Assembly: GCF_001194135.2 (NCBI RefSeq)
Contig: NC_068985.1
Coordinates: 69,179,580 to 69,243,579 of the forward strand
Length of the DNA stretch: 64,000 nt
Direction: 5' to 3'
From: Octopus bimaculoides
Taxonomy: Eukaryota
Shown here: positions 53,423-64,000 of the stretch, one piece after another
Layout: every line of letters begins with the position of its first letter
Numbering within the stretch: position 1 is the first letter of the stretch
Program-made: the position numbers and the translations under genes
Notes under the pieces: model-generated
Database searches by the model: none
What the model saw: the letters and a program-made list of their open reading frames with translations, nothing else
Told to the model about the DNA's origin: nothing

Positions 53423-54231
53423 CTAGTGTTGATATCACTGTTGTTATTTTTACTATTCTAATAAAAAGTGTAAATTTTTTTTATTATTCACGGAGGAGAT
53501 AAGAGTGTCCAGGTTATGTGTAAGGCTATAACCTTCTTTTTATTGTTTGACTATTAATGATTTCCCAGTATTTACTTTTTTCCTTTTATAAAGTATTAGT
53601 TAATTAGTTTAAAGATAATTTTTACTTAGTTGTTTTTGATTTGCATAGCATATGGTAATATTAGCCACACAGTATCGTTTCCTTGGTTCGCATGATTAGG
53701 ATTGCTATTCTTTGGTCTATTGTTATTATTTGGGCAATTATTATTATTATTAATAATATTGAAGTTATACATATCATTGGTGGTTTCATTCTTCAAATTA
53801 GCTATTATATCTACATTATTATTATTAGCATTATACCTATAATTATACCTACATTATTATAATGTGATAAATCTAGCTATACATAGCTAACTAATCATAT
53901 ATTGTTACATAGAATTTCCATGCTTATATTTTATTCTTTAGTTATTTATTGACATCAGCATAAGTTTAAATACAAAAATGACCTTTCTTACAATATTATT
54001 TTCAATCATAATGCACTTTTTCAGTTCCGTTTTAAATTAACCTAGTTAAGGTTACCATGATAAGACTGTTTTAGCAGAAATTTATTATGATACCGTTTTG
54101 ACTGGTATTTAGTAGGTTTCCTTTTCTATGTGTCAAAGTACTGGCACAAAGAAACGATCGTCAGTAGTATATGATGTAAATCAAAGATGTGATTATCTTT
54201 ATTCTTGTTCGTGTTCAAGTTTGTATGTACG

Positions 54232-54266
<35 letters not shown>

Positions 54267-55248
54267 ATATATATGCGTGTATTTCTGTGTGAATATATGC
54301 GTATATCTGTGTATGTGTATAAATGTGCACATGCTGATGCACACACGCACATACGTACACGTATACATGCATGTGTGTGTATGCGTGTGTATTTGCGTGG
54401 ATACATAAAGAGAAATAGGCATGGCCACTTGGAGAATTAATTCTGAAGCTATAGTAGTGAGAGAGAGGTCATGGAATCTGATTATTTGGCCTTCATTCAA
54501 ATTTTCTACAGACGAACAATGAATAATCTCTCGGTGAAACGTTACGTGTCTGTCAGTATCCATTAAAAAATCATTTAAAGCTGTAGATTTAGTAGTTAGA
54601 GAATGATAATTATGAAGCACAATACAAGGTTACTACAGTTATCGTCAGCGATTCGTTACGTCACTCGTCTTTCAATTCGCTTGTCTTCGATGATTCTCCC
54701 ATATAATCAGTAACCAATTATCTCGGCTTTGAATCCTCTTATCCCAAATTTCTGAGAAACCCGTGATTCGTTCAAATTAGTTATAATGTTTTAGAGCCCA
54801 GGGGCAAGTTTATATGCATGGCCGAAATATAAAGAATATGCAGTACTTCAGGTTTGACTAAGCCATGGTAACAAGAAGAAAAAGCGCATAGAAATAAAAT
54901 ATCGATCATAAGGATGAAAATCGTGATGATGAAGAAGAGGAGAAGATGGGAACGTAACAGAAAAAGAAAGATGGAGTGGAGGATGAGGAGGACTATGATA
55001 TCGTTCACGAAAGTGGTGGTGTTGTTGATGTAGGGAAAATCAGTACTAACATGTGCTTATCGAGCAGTCTTGAATTGTCTTGTCTTGGAATACAATTCAA
55101 TGTTGTTTATTGATCAGTATGTTCTCTATGGTACATTAGCGAGTATGTGTATGTATTTATTTATTATCGTATTCTGCAGGAATATGCACATATAATGATG
55201 ATGATGATGTTGATAGTAATAATACTGATCATTATTATTATTATTATT

Positions 55249-55430
55249 GAGTGAGAGAGCAGGACATGGCATCAAAGTGACACTGGGGTAAAATATACCC
55301 ATCATGACTACTCGTCTGATAAGGGTACACCAGGAGCATGCATCAAGACCATATGTGCGCAGCATAGTGGACTCTTATCAAGATAAACAGCGCCTGACCT
55401 TGCAGGTGGGACCCAGTTAGAATTTTATTC
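55249..55430 (-). mobile_element. 3' end of a non-coding (TAA)n-associated element
   Basis: Aligns with 56664..56860 (CATCAAAGTG(A/T)CACTGGG, TATCAAGATAAACAGC, GGT(G/T)GG(A/G)CCCAGTTA); ends CTCTCTCACTC-(AAT)n. Confidence 0.8.
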
Positions 55431-55439
55431 ATGCCGAGT

Positions 55440-56165
55440 ATTTTACTGGTTTTGTATTTTAGTCACCAGGTCCTTATATTTACTTAATTTGTCAAATTCC
55501 TTTACGAATATATAGGCTGCTTTTTGCAAGACATCAGCCTTACACGGGATTTCTCGTTGCCTTATGTCTTGAAGTTTCAATGGGATTGAGTCCAACACTC
55601 CGATAACCTCTGGTATCACTTTTACATTACCCTCTCTCATTCCATACAGTCTTGCCATTTCTACTTTCAATTCGTAATACTTGGTGATTTTTTCAACACG
55701 TCTGAATATCATAGTCCCAGAGTATTATTAATTTTCCATCCACCTGCATAACTTTACTTGGTACATGCTCATACTAGTTCTCTGTTACTTCATATTGGTA
55801 TTTACGGTATAAGAGCCAATAGAGATATACACATACATTATCGTAGCAACGCGTGTATTCTTTTTGTGCAAGGCTCTCACATCCACTTACCAACTGAGTC
55901 ACATTTTCCACACTCTTTCCACAGAGTCTGCATTTCTGGGTGTCAGAAGTTTTATAGAAATAATACTTCACTGAATTGGTAGCGAGTACCTGGTTTTGTG
56001 TAGCAATGATCAGGCTTTCGGTAGTACGCTTGAAATCACCTCAAGCCATGCCTGCGATGCAGTATCGTCCTTAACGTCTCAATGCACCAATTATGATAGG
56101 TGCAACTATTACAGATTTCATATTCAAAATTCTTGCAAGTTCAAATTCCAAGATACTGTATGTTT
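55440..56165 (-). mobile_element. Mosaic of R4/Dong-like ORF fragments
   Basis: ELARILNMKSVIVAPIIIGAL joined to TTESLIIATQNQVLATN..CRLCGKSVENVTQLVSGCESLAQKEY..VEKITKYYEL..LQKA, then VKEFDKLSKYKDL. Confidence 0.82.
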
Positions 56166-56177
56166 TTTCGTCTGTTG

Positions 56178-56220
<43 letters not shown>

Positions 56221-56224
<4 letters not shown>

Positions 56225-56558
56225 TAGTTTTATTTTTATAACGTGCTTTCACTTCACTACCGAGCGCAGCTCTGTGCGCCTTGGGTATGTGCTGTGGTTT
56301 GCTGTGGTGCTCTTATGTTTACTGTATTGAAAGTGTTTTGCGTAGGATGTGTGCAGTACCCAGTAGTGCAATTTTCTGTATGTTATATATATTTGTAAGT
56401 CCTGCTATTTTTGTTATGTATTTGTCTGAATATTTTTTTATTATACCTAAGGCACCTACTATGATAGGAATTGTTTCTGTTTTTAGATTCCACATTCGAG
56501 TTATCTCTATTTCCAGGTCTTTGTATTTTGAAAGTTTTTCCATTTCTTTTAGAGAAAC

Positions 56559-56561
<3 letters not shown>
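56221..56561 (-). mobile_element. Short 5'-truncated R4/Dong copy inside (TTA)n
   Basis: Near-identical to 8562..8900; NVSLKEMEKLSKYKDLEIE..LGTAHILRKTLSIQ* plus 3' UTR; (TTA)n on both sides. Confidence 0.95.
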
Positions 56562-56618
<57 letters not shown>

Positions 56619-56663
56619 GCTGTTGTTGTTGTTGTTGTTGTTATTATTATTATTATTATTATT
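56561..56663. repeat. (TTA)n/(TTG)n microsatellite
   Basis: Direct inspection. Confidence 0.97.
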
Positions 56664-57166
56664 GAGTGAGAGAGAGAGAGCAACGCATGTCATCAAAGTG
56701 TCACTGGGGAACTAAGCGCATTATGCCTATAATGACTATTCGTCTGTTAAGTGTACATGAGGCATACGCATCACAGCCATATGTGCATGATACGGTGGTC
56801 TCATATCAAGATAAACAGCACATGGCCTTACAGGTTGGGCCCAGTTACAATTTTCTTCAGGTTAAGTAGCCCATCCTGTTGAAAAGGCCCATGAATAGGT
56901 GTTGTTTAAGGATGTCGAACAAGACACCCATGTTTCCAGATATGAATTATTCAAACCCCAAATAATTGGTCTCAACACATGGCTAGGTGATCAGATAAAC
57001 GCATATCCTCAGCCACAAGGGGACACGCTCAATTGTTTAGAGTCAAACAGACAAGCAACTATGTGGTATTGGTTAGAATATTTGCTGTAGCTCATTATTT
57101 ATACCAAGACGAAACTTGTACATATTTCCAATAGGTTAAGATCAAAATCCATGAGAGCCAGTGCCT
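56664..57166 (-). mobile_element. ~500-bp non-coding element flanked by (TTA)n on both sides
   Basis: Starts AGGCACTGGCTCTCATGG, ends CTCTCACTC-(AAT)n; no recognisable ORF; second partial copy at 55249. Confidence 0.75.
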
Positions 57167-57243
57167 AATTATTATTATTATTGGTGTTGTTGCTGCTGCT
57201 GTTATAGTTGTTGTTGTTGTTGTTCCTGTTGATGCTGTTGTCG

Positions 57244-57300
<57 letters not shown>

Positions 57301-57360
57301 ACATCATCATCATCATCATCATCATCAACATCATCATCATCATCGTTGTTGTTATTGTTT
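57167..57360. repeat. Compound (TTA)(GTT)(CAT)n microsatellite
   Basis: Direct inspection. Confidence 0.95.
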
Positions 57361-60259
57361 TTTCAGCACCTGATCTTGGTCCTGCGCTTTTTCAGCGTTT
57401 TCATGTAGTAGAAATTGAAATTTAGATTTGGTCTTTCACCTAAACATATTCTTTGACAACATTACAGAACCTGACTTAGACCCACTGTCCGGTATTGATG
57501 TGAATGTTTTATCGGATTCTGCGATCGACATAAACAACTTCTTGCGTCTGGAATTCTGTAGAGAGAAATTTTGTGTAAGAAATATTTGAAAATATATGCA
57601 GATATATTCAGCACTGTAGGCTATATGTTATTCCTATTTTAAGTTTCTATGATATGATTTAGGAGATGCTGTGCTGTGAGATGAAGAAGTTCGATTCGCG
57701 CTACTGAGGCCACTTGCTTCGCTCCGGAGATTCTAGCATCGTGCCCATGTATATATAAATGAAAATAAAATGATGATGCGCATATGTATACACGCATAAC
57801 AAATATAATCACACCCGTGATACGTATGTGTGTAGATATGAGTATATGTATAACTAATACACACACACACATACACGTATATATATGTATATACATATAT
57901 GTTTATATATTTGTGTATGTATGTATGTTTGTGCGTGTGCGTGTGTGTGTCTATCAATCAAGAAGTTTTCCTGAAATACTCCGTAGTATTGATTTGCTTT
58001 AGATCATTTGATTCATTTCATTTTTCATTAATTATTTTATTTATTCATTTATGTAATTACGTATTACATATACAGTTAATATGTCTTTGATCGTTTTATA
58101 TCTTCAAAGGCTATTAGTCTTTTTAATATATATCGTTTTTCGTTTACTAGCGTTATTTAGTGAATATCATATGGAAAGAAAGTTCAGTGAGTGAATAGAT
58201 AATTTACTGAGTGAAAGGGAAAGAGAGACGGGGGAGGTGAGTGAAGTGTAGTTTGTGAAGAGAAAGTGTGTATTTGAAAGAAAGGGTGAGAAGAAAGGGA
58301 AATGAAACGGTTGAGAAGTAAAGTGAGCGGGGTGTACGGCGTGGAGAAGTTCCCATATTGTAATAAAACTAAATCGTATAGCATGAGTTGCTGATTTGAT
58401 TTCCCAGTAGAAGCTTTGCTGAACAAAGAGGATAAAACTGTATTGCCTGACTTCAGATTAGACTCTATAGAGAAAATTGGTAAGAAACAATAAATGTTTC
58501 CTCATAATGTTGCCTATATATAGCATTGTCAGATACACGGTGAAGCGGCAGATGCAAGATATGGAATAAAAAACAATTTGGTTGTTAATAGGTCGCCTGG
58601 ATGTTCGGTTGTTGCTTAGCTGCAAGATAACGTCGACTGAGCAGACTCAGGATCAACGATATTCCATCTGGGACTTAGCCCTTTTTTTTTTGGAGTGGAA
58701 TTTTAAAAGCGGCAAATTTAGCCATATTTTACAAAGTTGCTATGATACATGTTAATAACATGAGGAAAATGTGAGTAATAAATCTACTAGGCTGAGGCTA
58801 TTCAACGTAATGCTTGTCTCCGTACTTGACTTGACAGTTGGATTCTTGGTTGGTATTTTGTTCTTGTAGTTGTGGTTTCGACTCTCATTATTGCACTTTT
58901 GTGCTCTGTTTTATCAACCGCTGACTCAAAGCCATAAAATCTACAATATCATTCTCTCAAACGAAGTGGAAAATGTTTCCTATACTTTCTCATATGAAGA
59001 GCGACAACCAAAAGGCTCCGATGTTGTCCGCATGTTTTTTGTTCGGTGAGTAGGTGTTGCCCTTTTTCCTGGTGTTAGAATGTACATACATTCAATGTCA
59101 ATCCGACTATGGACATCTTTTCTTACTCAGCTATGACGTGCTTTAATCAATGTAGCATTCTTTTGTGTCTCAAGAAAACAATATGATTTGATTTGAAAGA
59201 CACTTGAGTTTTAGAGCACCGAGTGACGATGTACAAGTCACTCATATATTCGAGGTTGACTCATTAACAGCAAGCACCAAAAATATTCAGTTCAACATCT
59301 CATGGTAATATTTTCAAGGCAGATCGTATGAATTGAAGAGGAAACCATACGATAAATCTAACTAAACCACATGGATCATTGACATATAGTATGTGAGAGA
59401 GAAGAATATACATCTATCCATGCATTTTTTTACTCCCTCTCGTTTCAGTCATTGAACTGCCGCAGTTTTGGGGTATCACTTTACTCTCACTATGTACGGG
59501 CTAACAAGTCTAATGTAGAAACAAATGTTCTCCGCTTAGAGAGAGAGTTTGAAAACTCGAACCAAAAATCACTCGTTTGTGTAACTTCCCAACATGCAAT
59601 CATCAATTTAAGGGTGTAATATAAATCGAATATTCAACAACTCTGATACAAACAGTAACGTACAACATAAGAACAGTAGGGGAGTCTCCAGTGTATGGGG
59701 CGTGCGGACTGCAGAGGGTTGCCAGCTTACTGTGTTCGAGTTACTTTAATTGCTTTATGCTCAAGTAAAGAGATAGGTAACACATCCAACACAGAAACTG
59801 CAGAAACACAGGCTACTGCTACCCCATTTCATTAGGAAAACTTTATGGGCTTGAGTACCCTGAATAATTTAAACAAAAATAAATTAAGGAGAGTAACTGA
59901 GGGTGGTCAAAGGTATGGACACAAATATTTTTTACGCTTTTTGTAAATGCCTACGTGCGCCAACTTTTAAATTAATGGCATATACAGAGACAGAAAAAAA
60001 CGAGTCCGTAGCAGTCCTACACTCAGAATGTATTTTCCTCATTGTCATGTAATCTTCGGAAAAACTTTGATGATCATTGCCATTGTGTTGTATGTTTATC
60101 TAATCTCAACGAGAATGAATTTAATAAGCTAAGAGTAATTCGTAACATATTTAACATACGTTTGGGTTATTTTAAAATGATTATCTAGGTAACTGACAAC
60201 GCTGATGCATTTCCATAGGTAATTTTATTTCACACAAACACATATTAAATATGTATGTA

Positions 60260-60765
60260 TGCAGAATGGTGGACAGAAAATTTCATAGTATGATCAAAGA
60301 AGTATGATCAAATGTGGATTATATTTCCTCATACTGCCCCTTGAAGTCCACACAAATCTTCCATAGATGTAGCGTTACTTGAGCGCCGTTGATGAGGAAG
60401 CTTTCCTACATCAAAAATGGGATCAACAACCTATTTGACGTTATCACCATGCTGCAGTACGCTTCTCAACCAAATGGTGTTTCACGTTGGGGAACAGATG
60501 ATAGTTAGATGGGGTAAAATATGGTGAATAGGAGCTATGGTCAACCAGTTCAATGCAACAGTCACGTAGAACAGCCATTGAAACCAAGGATTTGTGCATT
60601 GGAACATTGTCCACATGAAACGAAACACTTTTCGTCAGTTTTCTTCGGCTTTTGATCTATCAAGACCAAACGCTCAAGAAAGGTGAATAAAATTCGTCAG
60701 TACCTCAGCAAGATGGTGGAGTACGCTCCATTGATGGTGTGGGCTTTTTGACAAAAAGGGAATTA
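60260..60765 (-). pseudogene. Mariner transposase C-terminal relic (Hsmar2/irritans-like)
   Basis: KLTKSVSFHVDNVPMHKSLVSMAVLRDCCIELVDHSSYSPYFTPSNYHLFPNVK: D34 spacing kept, third D changed to N. Confidence 0.85.
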
Positions 60766-60869
60766 ACACAATGCTTTTGTATTCCAAATTCTGAGGCCAT
60801 CTCCTTCCTTGCGGATAAAACGCATTGTTAGGAGCTATATCATACACCACTTAAAAAGAAAACTAAGGC

Positions 60870-60976
<107 letters not shown>

Positions 60977-61344
60977 TTGCTGCCGACGGGTGCGTTTATA
61001 ACCAGATGGAGGCAAGTGGCGCACCTGTTGTACATGAATGTGGCTAACTTGAGCGTGCACCCATAAATCTCCTATGTGAGAGCAGTATTGGATCGTGGTT
61101 TGTGGGGTCTCCATGACCAACATCATATTTTTATAGTGTCACAATTTTTATATTGCCTCCTCTTTCCATATTGTGCCCCCATCCACCTATTCCATGCCTG
61201 AATACGACTCCTGCTTGCTATTGTCTTCCTGTATTGTCCATCTGTAGCCCGCTGTCGCAAATAAAAAATTAAATTTCTTGCCGAGACAACCAGACAAATA
61301 ATGTGTTTATAGTGATGAATCGTTTGAGTACACATAAGGTCACT

Positions 61345-61532
61345 CCCTCCATCAAATTGACATTACTTGTACAGATGCCCCGTGTACCACATGTCAAATG
61401 ACGAAATACTCGCAGAGCAACGTCAGATGAATGGCTTTGCTCAAGAAAAGAACTGAACGGTGGGTCTAGGAATTGAAACCATAATCCTTAAATCGTGATT
61501 GCAGCACTCTAACCAGTAAGCCATGCGCATTC
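61345..61532 (-). mobile_element. tRNA-derived SINE (3950/28915 family), decayed
   Basis: GAGCAACGTCAGATGAATGGCTTTGCTCAAG..GGAATTGAAACC..CTCTAACCAGTAAGCCATGCGC. Confidence 0.75.
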
Positions 61533-61579
61533 ATATATATGTGTGTGTGTGTGCAATTTTTGGTGTATCCAACATATAC

Positions 61580-61637
<58 letters not shown>

Positions 61638-64000
61638 NNNNNNNNNNNNNNNNNNNNNNNNNNNNNNNNNNNNNNNNNNNNNNNNNNNNNNNNNNNNNNN
61701 NNNNNNNNNNNNNNNNNNNNNNNNNNNNNNNNNNNNNNNNNNNNNNNNNNNNNNNNNNNNNNNNNNNNNNNNNNNNNNNNNNNNNNNNNNNNNNNNNNNN
61801 NNNNNNNNNNNNNNNNNNNNNNNNNNNNNNNNNNNNNNNNNNNNNNNNNNNNNNNNNNNNNNNNNNNNNNNNNNNNNNNNNNNNNNNNNNNNNNNNNNNN
61901 NNNNNNNNNNNNNNNNNNNNNNATATATGCATATATATATATACATATATATATATATCCATATTTATATTGACGCATTGCCGGCTCCAACACAAGCAGT
62001 AGTCTGGCGGGTAGCTCAGATAAAACAATCTGAACATCGAATTGAACATACTACATTTTCATCGCGATGATTAAGAAGAGAGCTTTTCAAGTTTAAGTAT
62101 AGAGGTTCTGTTAGTGAAATATTATGCGGTCACCATACAATGCCATTACAAATAGCAATACGTCTATAAACTATTCAAGATTACGTGGTGTTATAGACAA
62201 TCAGAGGACGATGCTAGCGGTTTGCAGCAGCAAGGATCTTGTATATTATACCAATTTGAAATTTTGGAATGTCTTGAATACCGTAGTTTTCGATAAGCTA
62301 CAACTTCAACGAATTTATTTATGAAAGCTGCTGCCGATCTTCAGCTATCCTGAGCTTTAAATTTTTGAGAGGTCTGGAAATGAGAGAGATGTTATCATTT
62401 TGGAATCTCCAGCTTCAAGAAGAAGAAAAAAATATTATTAGCATAGATCTAAAGATGTACAGCTGGGATACTAGTTAATCGAGTAAATCAATTTAACACA
62501 TACTTTATCAACCTCGGAATGATGTAATGTAAAGCCAACTTCCGCGGAAATTGAATGTAAAAAGTCAGAAATAAATATTGGAAGAAATTTTTTCCGATGT
62601 TCTAACTCTTAGTATCCCAACTAAATTACTTTAATTGATCATGTTTAGAATGAGTTAATGCGTTAATCTACATCATCATTGTTGTAGTTGTTTGCGAACC
62701 CTGATTGAGTAGACATAGATTAAATATAATGAAACTGTCTGCGTCTTGCTTGTGGTATGCAAGTCAGCATTATCTAAACACTTCTGTTTCAATATAATTC
62801 TGTGTGATTCGAAGAACATATTGCTGCTATTTCTGAAAGGTTCAGGGCTATCATATATTTCTCATGAGTATTTAATTGAGAAATGTTTTTGTTTCCCCTG
62901 TAAGGTCACTCACGTAACTTCGTGTTGTCTGATTTGGTGAACTCCTGTCCCAGGACTATATAAATGCCATTTTTTTCACCCGAATAATTAAGTAACAATG
63001 CTTAGGAAATTCGCCGTTATAGTGTTGCTCCACCTGCATGATATATTAACCAAATCTTCGTCACATCACCCATTACTATCTTTGCACATGACTGATACAG
63101 TTAATATGATGATAAATATACTAAATATAAGTTGTAGTTTTTGAAATCCCTTCGATCACAATACTAAATAGTCAAGACAAACTTTGGGCTAAACAGCAAT
63201 AGTAAATATACGTAAACTAAAGTATATATTTTGTATTTGACTATAAATGTATGTCAAAATCCTCACAGTAAAAAAGTGAAGTTATATCTCGATATCTTCC
63301 AATATATATAAAACTACTGTTAGATCAAACCAATTTATACTCTATATGGATGTATATCATAGATATTGATTTTTATGGAAAGCGATATATTTCAGTTTTA
63401 TTGAATGGCGCAATATGAAGGTCGGGATTTTCAAAAACAAAATAGCCAATAGTGAAGAGAAATGTTGACTAATATGAAATAAAAACTTGTGCACAAATCT
63501 TATCGAGAGTTTCCAGCCGCTCTATATATTTCACGAACTCTAAGAATTTGTACGAATAACTTTGAAACTGAAATTACTTATCAGACTTCGGAATTATATG
63601 TTAATTTTCTTGTAATGGTATCTTATGTTATATAACACAGAATTAACATTTATATTAACTCTAACAAAACAATACATTGAATACATATATTTCAAGCCGG
63701 CACTATTTCATAAACCCATCATAACTGCATACAAATAAAGTTAAGTATTTAATATTCACAAAATACACCGCTGAGCATAACAAAAATAAAATCGGCAATA
63801 TTTTGAATTGGAAACATTTCATTTATTTTGTGATGAAATGACAATACTGAAAATGATATGGTCTATGACAGGAAATGGTAAAATTCCTATTAAATTCTAA
63901 GAAGAGTAGATTTCCTTTGAATAGCACACAAGTGTCGGCCAAACAATAGAATTCATATCTAGATACTAGAATGATAGATAACTGAAATTTTAAAGAATAA

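Noticed and set aside
61140-61260. TDG..AGVVF, like an RNase H motif (minus strand)
   Set aside because: Requires a frameshift and a stop; too degenerate.

Overview
AT-rich, microsatellite-dense animal DNA from a gapped short-read assembly (10 N-runs). The SINE/LINE complement and simple-repeat load suggest an Octopus-type cephalopod genome (inference). No intact gene, tRNA or rRNA is supportable; the window is intergenic or deep-intronic and full of transposon relics: R4/Dong-like and Hero-like RLE LINEs, RTE, L1/Tx1, Penelope-like elements (PLE), two mariner relics, a possible piggyBac relic and many tRNA-derived SINEs. The main observations are: (1) hammerhead-ribozyme-like cores in three unrelated repeats (a tRNA-headed SINE, a 322-bp foldback palindrome, and a PLE-type terminal-repeat insertion bounded by a 12-bp target-site duplication); (2) R4/Dong copies and a 500-bp non-coding element stacked in one orientation inside (TAA)n microsatellites; (3) a perfect 95-bp inverted duplication within a decayed GIY-YIG fragment. 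Element boundaries are approximate unless stated as exact.
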